Assembly: GCA_000708835.1 (NCBI GenBank)
Contig: DF236966.1
Coordinates: 62,001 to 126,000, forward strand
Direction: 5' to 3'
DNA from: Klebsormidium nitens
Taxonomy: Eukaryota > Plantae > Klebsormidiophyceae
Length of the DNA: 64,000 bases
Below are positions 1 to 13,000 of this stretch, piece after piece. The notes under the pieces were generated by a model. It did not search any database and was not told where the DNA came from. It was given only the letters and a program-made list of their open reading frames with translations. Both the position numbers and the translations under genes were made by a program. How positions within the stretch are numbered: position 1 is the stretch's first letter; each line of letters opens with the position of its first letter.

Positions 1-177
1 ATTTAGAAGGCGGACAGTCACTCACAGAAAGTTCCACGCTGCTTTCAGCGGTCTTGTTATAGACAGGAAGCAGTTGCACTCTTTTCCAAGAGGCAGTCCT
101 CCCGCTCCCGTTTTCCCGCTTGAACCCATATCTGTTGCTTTCCTTCATCGAGCTTTCGTGTCTTTTGCGTGCCGTGT

Positions 178-606
178 CTGCAGAGCCGCAAGCGTCCGTT
201 CGTTACTCTGGCGCCGTACCGCGGCCCGAGATGCGAAATATAGGACTAAGCGCTGATGGCAATGTTGTTATGTCATCCATCGAAACAGTCAACACTTTCA
301 ATCAGTCAAGAATATCAAACTCGCGGGTTTTTCAATGCCATTTCGTCCGGTGCAGAGCTGCGACCGTTCGTGTTCTCCGGCGTCGTGTCAAATCCGACGG
401 CCAGGTGGCAACGCATCCACAGTCGATAAGTTACAGGCCAAATTGTTCAGATTCAGAAACGCGTCCCTGTAGATCTGCGACCGCCCGTGTTATATTCCGG
501 CGTCGTCTCACAGCTCGTCAGATCGGACGGCCACGTGGCTATCAATCCACGGTCATTACTTACAGGCCCAAAACATTCTTCACGTCCGAAAGTTCGTTTT
601 CTGCAG
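178..606 (+). repeat. Three decayed tandem copies of the DEG15 3' splice site plus exon start (echo AGs ending at 183, 355, 472)
   Basis: gtgcag|agctgcgaccgttcgtgttctccggcgtcg and ctgtag|atctgcgaccgcccgtg...ctcgtcagatcggacggccacgtggc versus the true ctgcag|agttgcgaccgtccgtgtactccggcgtcg...ctcgtcaaatcggacggccacgtggc. Confidence 0.85.
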
Positions 607-1597
607 AGTTGCGACCGTCCGTGTACTCCGGCGTCGTTTCGCGGCTCGTCAAATCGGACGGCCACGTGGCGATGCTGCAGACGACGGCAGCCGTCCACCC
701 GGGTGGCAGCGGGGGCGCCGTGGTTGACGTCAGCGGCCGGCTGATCGGTCTGGTGACGTCAGCGGCGCGGCACAGCGGGGGGAGCATGCTGCCGCACCTC
801 AACTTCAGCATACCGGTGGAGGCGCTGAAGCCCGTGTTTGACTTCGCAAATTCAGGTGATTGTCGTGAAGCATTTCTAACTGATTATGTACGTGATGAAA
901 TCAGCCGAACATTCTGTACAAGGTTTGCATTTGTGGCAACGAGAGTCGGCCGGATATGGGCTTCTGTTCAGTGAAGGCTCTGAAGCCCGTATTCGATTTC
1001 GGAAAGTCAGGTACATTTTGCAAGGCCCTCCTGACACTCGTAGTTGCTTAGACGTGTCGCCGATCCACGTTTGCCGACTCTGGGATCATGGGATCCCAGT
1101 CTGATCAGATTTCAAACTTGCTCGGACGACAGTCGATCGGGTCTCTGGCTTCTCTTTTGGCGGGGGCTCTGGAGCCCGCTTTCGAAACATTGTGCCGTTG
1201 TGGTTTTGTGCTACGAGATTCTGCTTCTCGTAGGAGACTACACTCGACTAACTTCGTGGGCGACAGAAGCGAAGTGGGAGCCGAAAGCAGAAGCAAATGC
1301 TTGCAAACCCCATACTGACAGAAGCTCGGTTTGCTCCTTTCAGGGGGTCTGAACGTGGGCCTTCTGGAGCCCCTCAACACGGCCAATAGTAAACTGTCTG
1401 CCATCTGGGCGCTTGCACCCCCTCCGCCGCTGCCCCGACCGGCGTCGACGCTCCTCCCCGGGCACATTCTGGAAAACCTACCGGGGCAAGAAGATATCGT
1501 TTATGGTTCCGGAAAGGGCACGAAATTTGCGCAGTTTCTGACGGATCGTGGCCAGGATTACTTGAAGAAGTCGACGCTTCTTCGAAGCAAATTGTGA
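607..1597 (+). CDS. DEG15: Peroxisomal processing protease Deg15/TYSND1-like, last two exons (607-855, 1344-1597); gene starts upstream of the window
   Basis: Trypsin-like active-site segment [16 protein letters not shown]...LIGLVTS...LPHLNFSIP. Phase-1 GT-AG junction. Terminal exon ends ...LLRSKL*, a canonical PTS1. Confidence 0.85.
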
Positions 1598-2594
1598 TGA
1601 TGGTTGGGGCAGTCGTCGTGTTTTGAGCTCATACTGGCACCGGAGGGTTGTTGTGAAAATCCACAAGCTATCGCAACCATGAAGAGACAGTGAAAGGTGA
1701 GCATTGGTGTAGTTTAATCGCATGTCCAGGACGCACTGTAGGGTCGTAGATAGCATGCCAGGTTGACTAATGAGTATTTTGACCACAACCATGTGCCAAA
1801 AGCAGGATGATCGGAGATCAGTTTGTGCCTTGCAGGAATCAATCAACTTTGCGACGCTCGTTGAGAGAGGCAGCCGCACGAATATGTATATATGAAGACA
1901 AACTTCGAAAGCAATGCATCCAGCTGACGATGATCCTCATACGTATGCAATGATGCCGCATGCATGCATGCACATGAAGACAGTATAATCGACGAGCTAT
2001 AGCTAGATCCCTGGCACATGTGCAAATCTGAGATAATACATAGTACATACCGCGTCGATCTTCGGATCCAGCCGTCCTATAAGCGGGCCGCGCACCCATA
2101 TCGGTGCGGCCGCACGGAAGATCGACCTAGGCTATAGCTGTCGAACAGCCGGCCGCCGCCACGCATAGGGAGTACACAACCAGCCAAGGACTATGCATGC
2201 ATGATTAACTGAGATGACGGTAAGGAGCGAGCTGAGCAATTGTGATCATGCAAGTGTGCATGATCCCCGCATGATCATGGCCTCGTTAACACCACTGATT
2301 CCAACGCGGACTTGATGCCTCCTCGCCAGCCTGTCGTCTCGTACTTTGACGGACAGCGAGCTCTCAACTGGGTAAGGACTCCACAGCGTCTAGAATTGTT
2401 GCCGCGGCGCTAGCTGTAAACGTCGGAGGCCCGCCCGGGCGAAGTAACTTCCGTTTTACCGGGGCGGCTGGATGGACGCATCCGTTGGTGTGCCCTTGAA
2501 GCTTTTGAAACGCGACTGCACCACTTAGCTAGGGTTAAGCACGCGTTTGAATAAATGAGGGCCTACTTAACTCTTTAAAGCCTATAGTTGGTCT

Positions 2595-5414
2595 TCAGAC
2601 GGCAATTGGTTGCCCATCATCGTCTAGCCGCTCAGAGCCCATGAAGCCCTTGTACTTTGGAAGCCCGTCCCGAACGGCGAAGATCTTCTCCCCATAGTTG
2701 ACGTGAAAGTCGGGCCTGAAGGAGACAAAGAAGAGGTTGTCCCGAAAGTGATGCGGACCAGCCCTCAGATCTTTTGGTAAAGCTTTCGGTTGAAAGTTGT
2801 TTGCCCGAGATGAGAAGACGTGTATTCGACCAGCTCCCGGCGATCCGCCGCTGCTTTGCTCCCGGTCTTCAGCGTTCTCGCTGACTGATGGAGCACATCA
2901 AACCAGGTCATCATCAACAAGTTGAGACTTGTTTTTTGGGAGTCTTGCCGTGCAATGGGGATTACATGATTGACGGCGTCAGGGGCCGAAGAGAACATGG
3001 AATCACCAAGATTGCTCGGTTTGCTTGCCCCTGCAGATAACCGTCGGTAGGCTTTTCAAATGTAAAGCTCCATGCGAGACCCCCTTCTTCAAAATTTCCA
3101 GTGCTTGAAACAGCTGGACTTGACAGTTTACGGGTAGGTGTTTCATACTTCGTATTCAAAAGCCAACCTTCAGTTCTTTTGGAAGAGCAGGAGGGATGAT
3201 CGTGCGTGGAGACGAGCTGCCGAGCGACATACAGCAGGCATGCTAGCGACATAAAAAGGACTGGAAAAAAAAGGAACAGACGGCTGAAATGTTGAATCAT
3301 ACACGGTCGTTCAGAAAGAGCAGTCTTTCGTCGTTCCTTTTGCAAGCCAGAAGTGAGTCAAAAGAAGACGCTATTTGAAAGCTAGTGTCGGCTCCCCTGA
3401 AGACCACCTGGCGACCGAAAAGAGCAGTGTTCCAGCAGTCCTTTTGCAAGCCAAAAGGGAGTCAAAGAAGAAGCTACTTCAAAGCTAGTAATGGCTCACT
3501 TGAAGACAACCTGGCCTCCAAAAAGAGCAGGTTTTCGGCAAACCTTTCACAAGGCAAAAGGGAGTCAAAAGGAGAATTCAGAGCTATCAAAAAGCTGGTT
3601 TCGGCTCACTTGAAGTCGACGGCTCCTCCGAAGACGGTTGGGAAGGTGGTCACCATGCCCATTCCCGGAATGGAGTTAAACACGTGCGCTCCGCACCTGC
3701 GCACAAAGTTGGTCACTAATCGTTCCTTTTTCCCCTTTCTTCCCACCCCCCTTTTCCCTTTTCCCTTTTCTCTTTCCCCGCAGGGAGGAAGGTGGGCAGT
3801 CCCCCCGAACCGGGGTTCCCCCATGGAACCACACCACCACAAATTGACCACCCTCTTGAGCTCAACTTGATCGACACTGCCCTGGGCCCCAACAAACGTG
3901 TGCATTGGGTGATGAGGAATAAGTGGAATCGAACTGAGACCGGTACAATAGGATCGGGCTCTCCTCCCCGTCTGAACGAGGTTCGAGTGTCAACGCATGC
4001 CAATCCGGTTCCGCTTCATGGGCCGGAACGTAAATTTAAGTCAGTGCTTTGATGATTTGATTTGCAAGCAGACATGGATTCATGTTCTAACCCAGCAGCT
4101 CGAGTTCTCTCAGTGTAAGGGGCTCTCTTGAGTTTCCCCTCAGCTCCCCTCTCCTTTCCGCTGTTCTTCTCCTTCGGCGTCCCCTCTTTCCCCCGCCCTC
4201 CCTCCCCCTTTCTGCCCCTTTGCCCCTTCTCCCCTTCCCCCACCCCCCACGACGTTTTGCCCTCAGCCTCGATGACCGTCCTTCTGCCCATGGAAGTCCG
4301 GGCTTGGTTTTATTTAACCAAATCTGGTAAACGCGATCGAGTTTAACGATCCTTCACCCGACAGGATCGTTCTAGATCCGACATGCCGGCACAGCAGCAC
4401 AAAGCCACGACGCGGATGTCATGAGGATGCAGAAAAGCCCGTTGCGAACGCATTATCTCGCATCGCAAGCTGTCTTAGTGTTGGAAAGCCAAGCGTGCTG
4501 GGGTTCATAATCCAATCACAATTTGAGGCTTTTCCAAGTCCGCAAGTAGACTGATCACGACAGAAAATTCAGCTGGGACTACAAACGGGAATATTTGATG
4601 GGGCAAAACCAAATTCGCTACCAGGCCTGACTACAAACAACAAAGCGGTGAGATTCGGAAAGTCAAATTGAAACAATAACGGCAGCAACATCTGGTCGAC
4701 CTCGTAATGCAAATCGGAATGAATACTTACTCCTTGCAGAGATATCTGCGGCTGTAACTGTTGGGCGTGTGATGGTATAGCTTGAGCTTGTCTTCGCCCT
4801 TCACAATCCTAAGCCTGCAAAATGTGTGGGAACAAGTGAATGTCTGACATCGCACAGGCTGCAGGGAGAAGCGGCCGTATTCATGGGATCTTGCAGACAG
4901 TCCTGTGCTTGAGAATGACAATCGAAAGATGGATCAACTGAGAAGAAGATGAGAAGAAGATCTCTGGAAGGCCACTTGGCTGAGCGCAGAAGCAAAAACG
5001 GGCGCTGTGTGTTAACCAAATCAGGAATACCAATCGTATATATCCCCTTGAAAAGCTACTCGTGCCTGAGAGAACTGATGTTGCGCAAAACCCTGATTGC
5101 AGTCTTGCAGCTGCCAATGCCAATTGCAGCAAGCTTTAAACACGCACTTTTCGCACAATCTTGTAAAACTTCCTCCCTTGAGAGTCCAACCTGAGAAATA
5201 CCTTCACGCAATTGGAGAATCCATTGAAGCAGTGGTAAGTAAGGATTGTATGCCGCAGACATTGTATAAGGGTGGCCCACGATCTAGTGCAAATATGTAC
5301 TTACTTGCCCTCGCTGTCGGCTGACTTTCCATCTTCAAGCTTGATAGGGAAGGTCATGCAAGCCAGCGACGCGGTTGAGTGGGACCGCCGGCAAGACTCA
5401 CAGTGACACAGGGT
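2595..5414 (-). CDS. GFA / Mss4-like (CENP-V-like) zinc-binding protein; exons 5414-5305, 4814-4731, 3696-3610, 2715-2595; 5' exon(s) unresolved (about 5.4-6.5 kb)
   Basis: Four exons join in phase 2 to give TLCHCESCRRSHS...IVKGEDKLKLY...RRYLCKECGAHVFN...TTFPTVF...FKPDFHVNYGEK...DGLPKYKG*. This contains the CHCxxCR and CxxCG motifs of GFA domains. Confidence 0.85.
3315..3636 (-). repeat. Tandem repeat (about 103 bp x3): donor-side echoes of the GFA exon end at 3610
   Basis: Units begin aaagagcag at about 3315, 3419 and 3522. Each holds a copy of ggctcacttgaag (minus strand cttcaa|gtgagcc). Confidence 0.8.
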
Positions 5415-7026
5415 CTGTTGGGAAAAGTGGGCTTCGTTTGGATGGATAAAAGCCTGATAGAATCCAAATTGTAATTTAAGGTTTTGTGGGCAAGTCTGCA
5501 AGGTCCTGTGACTATGATAAGCAAAGACTTTCCCACAAAAGCTTATCAAATTGTCGTGGTCAGAAACGAGTCAGCTGCTGACCAAAGTATAGGGTCAAAA
5601 GTCAAAACTTCCTGCACTTCAGATAACGGAAGTAAGCCTGAGCATTGTGTTACCAGCTCCCTAACCAACGAACTCCCTGGATAGATCTGTGTTGTTTTCT
5701 ATCTTATGTTTCGTCAGTAACAGTGAACGTGTCACATGCATTGGTCTGCTCAGCAAGCAGCAGCTGAAACAGCCTTTGAACGAAGGTCGCAAGTCCCAAA
5801 ATGTTTGACGCGCCAGGGGGCCCACATCTAAGAGTCTACCGTTATCTTCCAGGGCTCCAACCAACGGAACTGCTCAGAAGGCGACCTCTGCCAACACAAA
5901 GGCTTGCAATGCTGGACCCGCCAAGTGTAGTAGTATCGACAGAGAGGGTGCATCACCACAACCAGCAGCCACCAGTGCTTACATGTACAAGCCGCTTTTC
6001 TGGACAGCAATCAGCAATTCTGTTCCTTATCATTCTCTGATATGAGGTGCAGTTTGAGTTGGACTAAGAGTCGGTAGCTTTATTGAAAGCTGGTGGACGC
6101 TGTCTGGGTAATCAGTCTGATAATTGCAGGCAATTGTGGAGAAGATCAACCACCTTCAACGACGAGCTTTGGGTGGAAAAGAGGCTTCAACTGTGACGAA
6201 GAAAGAGACTTTGTGCACTGCATCAACTGCATCTCACCTGCGCCAGTGCTTTCATCTGCACGATCTCGAATTGAACACTGGAGCAGAAGCATTGCCCTCG
6301 CAGGTACATGGGCGCTTCCTGTTGTTCCTTAGGATCCATTGTTTTCCAACTGAGATAAGTGCACAGATCGGCACTGGAGAGGGGCGTGAGAAGTTGTATG
6401 CAAAAAGTTGACGCAAAGGGTTCTCTAGGACCGACTTAGTAGTCAGCGCCACACAATGGCGCCGTTTGATGGCTATCTTGGAAGTGAGAGAGCCAATTTG
6501 CCCTATAGGTACCTAGCTTTGTTGAGGGAGTGCATATGGAGCATGCTGACGTAAATGACACCATAGAAGCACCTATAGGTTTCGTATCCTGACGTCAGAC
6601 TATTCAGCGAATGCAAGGCAGACACCTGGCACTACTTTGAACGTCTTCCAGCACAGCTTTAAGGCCGTCGATGATCATCGAAACCCCTGATATTGACGGT
6701 CAGATTGGACGGGACACTCCCGCCAGATTTTGAAGTCTGAGCCTTGGTCAAAGTCGAAGTTGAAATTGGAAAGTCTTCAAACTCAGCAAGAACACACCTG
6801 AACACTGAACAGACGTGCTAGGTACCCGGGCCCCGTACCGTAGATCGTTGGCAATGCGACGCTGAAGCGCTAATGCAGAAGCCTGAGAAGGTGCAGTGAG
6901 GCGCCACTACTGGCTGAACAACCGACAGCAGGCTTTGATCAAGGCCAGCGCACGCTGGGCATCACATTGATATGAGCGAGCCCTCAAGCTTTTCGGTGTC
7001 GATTTGGCCAGCTGGGCCGAGTGGCA

Positions 7027-10000
7027 ATGGAGGTGAGTGGCAGCTCTTGCATTGCCTTCATGACAATTTTCTCAGCTGGCTGTTAACACTTCTTCCGCAA
7101 AGAAGGCAACGCCAGTAAGGTTGAGGCAACCGCAAGATGCAACTCGTCTAATGCAGGCTATGCTCGATGTACGTTCATTCTTATGGAGGCATGCCATATG
7201 TAAACTGCCTCTTACTCTATCATTTGATCCGCTTTATTCCTTGCAACTCTTCTGATCGGCCTCTGCCTTTGCTACAGTCTCTTAGCCCGACAAGCAGCGT
7301 TGCAGAAGTAGCTGCAGCCACAGGCGCCCTCCTGTCAAACAGCCCTGATGAGGCTGCACGGGCTGACAAAGTGAGCATCACGTCCTTGATCAGGGCAAAA
7401 AATGCAGCTGCTCAGTCACCAGTTGGAGAGATCTTGCAGAGGTTGTCAGTGTTCCAGACTGGCAAACTATTATTACCTACTGCAGCAGTTTTGCTAAAAG
7501 TCGATCGAGACAGAATGTGCATCTCTTCATGTGCCCATGTCCTTAGAACCGTTTGTTGACAATTTTTGTAGGATTTCCAAAAACTTCACTGAGCTGTCAT
7601 GATCTTCCTTTTTCATTTGCAGATTATCAGGGAACAATGCTGCGACGGACAGGTGTTGTTTCTGGTCAAAGAGGAGCCCGAGGATTTCATTGCGCAGCTT
7701 CAGCTGAGTTCGTTCGGATCAAAGATCAAAGTCAAGGCTGCTCTGAAGATGCTCGGCAGTACTGTTGGACCCAGCCACTCGTCAGAAGCTCCCAATGCCA
7801 GCCCTAAGTCCACACGTCAGCCCTCTGCTGAGGCAGAGACCAACCAGGGTGACGGACCTCCAAAGCCAGCTTCTCAGGTAAGATTGATTGGACTTGGAGC
7901 TACTAGGTTTGCCTTCTGCAGTCATTCAAGATTCCACTTAGATATCAGCAATATGGAACCTTCTGATTGACCTCAAAGCACACTCAATCTCATCATGCCT
8001 CTGTGCTTAACACGTGCAGGTCCTCTCAAATGTCAGCTACAGCAGAAAGTTTGGTTGCAGATATCAGTCAATGTGTGGCCATCAGAGCCAGCCAGGAAAC
8101 AATGTTGTATGGTCCGCACGCTGCATTCGCTAACCAGCGCCTTCCCAATCCCACAGAAGGAGGACTTCACCAAATGCACGGCTCAGGAGCAACAGTCTCC
8201 CGTTGTGCTTCCAACCCCATCCCCAGTGCTGGCGAGTGGCGAGGGAGAGGATCTGAGCAAGCTCTCCCCAGTGCCTCTAACAATGGCTTCTCCCAGGACT
8301 CCAGCAGCCGGTGCTGATGTTGAGCGAAACAGCAATGCAGTTCCCGCCCAGGACATTCAGACAGGCCTAGGAGCACATGCTTCAGCTTCTGTCACAGCTG
8401 GTGCTGCCACTGTGGAGCAGAAGCTTTCGGACGTAAAGCCAGAGCCTATGGAGATTGACGTCCCCATTGGGCCAGTTGTGCCTCCAGCGACGACGGACTC
8501 TGAGAGAGCTGGGAGCGCTGAACCCCCAGCTCAGACCGCTGTTGCTGGTGCGCAAGTGAAAGCAGAGCCTGGAGCAGACGCACCTGAGATCAAACCGGAG
8601 TCTGTAGAAGCGCCGAAATCAAAGGCCCAGGCCTCAACCCCCAGACAGATGTTCAAGCAGACCATAGATGGGGCAAAGCAAGCCCTTGAGACAATGAAAA
8701 TGCTGCTCATGCAGAAAGGGAAGAGCCTGGCACCAACCAACCGCGTGAAGGCATGGTGAGTCTGTTTTGAGCGAGCTTGCGAGGTGCAAAGTTGCCTTGC
8801 TTCCTGTGTGGATTTTAGGCATTGTGCTGAATGATCTATTGACAATGTAATCACAGATTGTCTTCATCGAGTTTGGTGAACTGGCTATCAGCTGCATCTT
8901 AGCTGCATTGCAAGAAGCGCCATGATATGCTTTCTGGAGCTCTCTGATCGGATAAAGGCTGTTGTCCATACCAAATTGTCGAAAGAGCGGCTTGCTTAGG
9001 AAAATCTATTCAGAATATCGCTGTTGAGCTTTCGAAAATGGATCCCAATTATCCATGATTGTTGGAGCTTGATGTCGCTCAATTCAACTTCTGCCTTACA
9101 GGACGGATGCGGCTGGCGATCTGTTAAGACAGACAGCAGTCCCTTCGACAAGGATTGGAGTTATTGGAGACACGGGTGCGGGGAAGAGTTCCCTGATCAA
9201 TGCTGCTCTTGGCGAAGAAAGTATCCTTCCAACCAACGGTGAGTATCCGAGAATGGCAACCCGCCAATGTGCTGTAAGTTGCTGGAGAGCCTTCTTTTGC
9301 TACCACTTTGCGATGAGTACATTCCGTTAAGCTTTTGCTCAGTGCCAATATAGAGAAAGCACAAAATGGTTCTTCAAAGCATGTGCTGGAGCTTCTCAGA
9401 AGTTGGCCAGATTCGGGGCAAATGTAGCTGATGCTGTCATGGATCCCTATATCAACAGGAGAAGGTGTGTATGTGCAGGTATGAGGGCCTGCACCGCCAC
9501 AGTCATCAGGCTGGAGTACAACACTGCGAACCGTCTCTACGAGGGGGAGGTGCACTTTGTGGCAAGGTATGAGAAACTCGAACAGTTGGCTGTTAGTGGA
9601 CTGATTGCCTCTCCCCTTCATTTTGGGCCGTGAAGGTCTTGCACTTTGAGATTCAAAGCGGAGTCCAAGGTAACACTTGCACAGAAGACGATTGAAAGCA
9701 TATGTGCATATTCTGAATGACGGACTTCCACTAGATGGTTCTCATTATTAAAATAATGGAGGATCAACATACATTTACTTACCTTAGTGTGTTATTTGGG
9801 CCACTTCAGGGACGAACTCCGTGCCGAGGTGGAGCTCCTGCTGGCAGATGCCAAGGAAGATGGCACGTCAATCAAGGTTGGCTCCAGGTACGAAACCCAA
9901 CTCTGAACATGAAGCAGATCTTGTCATTAGCCCAGTGCCTAGCATCACAGGATACAACTTGCACCAACGAGTCTGGCAAGGAATCTGTTGGTGTTCCTTT

Positions 10001-13000
10001 TTAGACTCGTTCTGCAATGACAACTCATTACTACCCCCCCCAGTATTGGCTCTGTGAAAACCCAAGAGGTGTCAAAAAGTACTCAAGCGAACCTGCCAGA
10101 GGAAAAGATCACGGCACCCTTGAACCGTACCTCTCACAAACGACTAGCTTGTGTCCACAATCGGTAGCAGACTGAGCAAGCAATCCGCTTTGACCATTGC
10201 AGATTGCGTAGCTACTAAAATAAAGACACAGAAACTCTTGTCTCATCTCGGCTCGCAGGCTGAAGAATGACAGCGCCAAGGAGCTGGCCATTGCCAAGCT
10301 GGTGTCCATCTGGGGCAAGGACGTCATCCAGCGGCCCAATCTGACAGCCGACTACCTTCTCGGCCTCCCCGGCGTCACCAGTGTCCTGGGCGCCGTCAAG
10401 CACATCCGCAATGCGAAAGCTAAGGTAAGAACCAGCAACGCCATCCTAATCTTTGGTGGAAGAAGGATAATCGAAAAGCTCATCATTTCTCAGCTCGCAT
10501 CTTCTCTTCGGGGTCTCGAGCATGCTGGATACTTCGTCGCGTCAACTCACGTTTCTCGTCGCGTCGGAAGGTTGTCTTATCTATGACTAATCGCAACTCT
10601 TAAAGCCTAAAACAGGGCCGCCTTCGCTTTGCTGGCATACTGCGATTTCGCTCCTGAGGCAGTCAGAAACGCTCCATCCCCTGACGCATTTAAGGGAGCT
10701 GATTGCTAATCCCTTCTCGATCGTACTTCAGGACTTCTCGAAAGAGATGAACAAGTACGTGGACTCGACGCCCTCAAACGAGATGACCGGGGGAGCCTTC
10801 TGGCCGCTTGTCAAGGAGGCGTGCATCCGCCACGCCTGGCCACTGCTGGAGTCCGGTGCCATCATTGTGGATCTGTAAGCGTAGCAGACTCTGAAAGGAT
10901 CTTAGACTCAAAGCTTCCAATCTCACCTTGCTGTCGGTGTGCTTTGACGAGCACGTCTTTCTACAGCATGGGCGCCTTAGAAGCCCTCCGTGTGTTCCTC
11001 GTAAGGACGGCATTCTCTTGATGACTGTGCCGTCATCGCTTGAGCTTACTTTCGTGTTCTGCATCGATGTAGGCCCGGTGTCAGGGACGCCAATGCTGCG
11101 AGAGCAAAGGTGAGCTGTTTCGGTAACAGAACGTCGCCCGTCTAGTTGTCATCGAAGGGACTTCGGCAGTCCGGATTTTGGCCCGCTTTGAGTTCGTCTC
11201 ATATATATTCTCGAGCTGGCTGGTCAAGTGTTCCTCTCTCGAAATGCCCTTGCAAACCCGCTTCGATTGTCAGCGGATCAAAGCGACGAGAATGGATCCC
11301 AAACGGAGGTAGCGGGCAGCAAATTTTGAAGGATAAGAAAAGCATCTTCTACGAACTAGTCTGCTTTATAATCGAGTGCTTTGAATTACGACGTGTCTTC
11401 TTCATCATCGCACTTCGCTGCTCAGGTGGCGGAGGGCTACCTGAAGAAGTGCAACACCATCTGGGTCGCAGCCAACATCTGCCGTGCCGTCGATGACGGG
11501 ACTGCCAAGAATCTGCTAGGAGACAACTTCAGGCGCCAGGTGAGAAATATTCCGGCACCTCGATGCTTCATTGACACGTGTCAAGTGTCCATCTTTCAGA
11601 CCCTTGGAGAAAGTTGGATTCCTTCTTGCTTGCGTCGTTTGCGCAGACGTTCAAGTTTACGGCATGAGCAGGCTGAAATCACGAACGTTACTTCGCTGTA
11701 GGATCTCGTTTCAGCATAACATCTTTTAGTATCCTTCTTCGATTCGAAAGCACCAATGTGAATCGGATTTGATCATGATCTGAGAGTAGCTAGGTTCAAC
11801 AAAGACGGCCGATCGCACCCTTCTCCCTACGAGTAAGCCCGATTTGCGCACCACATAACTGATGCATCCTTCCGTGTGTCGGCAGCTCCTGATGGACGGG
11901 CAGTACGGGAAGCTGGCGTTCATCTGCACCAAGGTTGATGACATCAACACCGGCGAGACTATCAACACCCTCGGCGTGAGGAGGATCTGCGAAGACGTGA
12001 GCCGTCAACTGCTCATAAACCATGCGAGCTAGCATGTGTACGACCGCCATGTCGATGTGACGCAAACGTACTTCTTGGCCGCAGAAAGTCTCTCTTTCCG
12101 TTACTACTCCTAAAAAAAGATAATTGGTGGATGTAGACGTAAGTGAACCAATTCCATGCTTTTCCTAGATCATTCTCGTCGATAAATACAATTTTACTGC
12201 GATGACAGGTTTGCTTACATTTTCAATATTCAACGAACGCGAAATGAGTCAAAGTCAAACCGAAGAAGTTCTGCATGTATCACTCGATTTTATGTGGATG
12301 TACAGTGATCCTTGTTCAGAGTCTCTTGTCCAAGGAGCCTTTTTTGTGTCAGAACAGGCGTCAACTCCTCGTGTAACGAATCCGCTCTTCAGATCCAGGA
12401 CAAGGTCCATCCGACAACTTTAATATTCTTCCTGACCGCCTTCTCAATGTACCAGCGGCTGACTTTGCTCTTCCGAACGCCACTGCAGAACGGCGTTAGC
12501 GAGGAGGAGTTTGACAAGCTGACCAGAGACATCGACGAGCTGGAAGACAAGAAGGTAACGGTCCTTGTCTCCCCTCTTCACAGCAGATTTATCCATTTAC
12601 ACTCGAACCCTTATCGACACTTATGCTGTAACTCGAGCTCCGGTCAGAGCAAGCCTTTTCAAACCTGCAAAGTTTTCTGAAAGTCTTCTTGGGACCTGCT
12701 AGAGACAACACTGGCAAGCAACACACTCAAGAGTATGAAACTGCAGCCTTCTGATATTGCACAGTCATTGTATGTCATGAAGCAGGCTGGGTATGACGAT
12801 ATTCGAAAGGAACCTCGAAGTTTTGTGACAGTCTGAACGTTATGCCTCTTTTCACTGAATCAGTACACGGCGGAAAAGCTGAACAAGACGCACCAGGAGC
12901 GCCTCGACCGCTACAAGGAGCAGATCGAAAGGTGGACCGAAGTCCGGGACAACCTGTCGGAGGAACTAGAGCTGGACCACGGAGTGCCGGACGAGACCGA

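Noticed and set aside
120-974. 284-aa ORF as an intact protease gene
   Set aside because: Its first 160 aa are intron and echo sequence read in frame; only 607-855 is protease-like and it is bounded by AG/GT.
4270-4310. ccatggaagtc match to large-subunit rRNA
   Set aside because: Only 11 nt match, with no flanking rRNA similarity.
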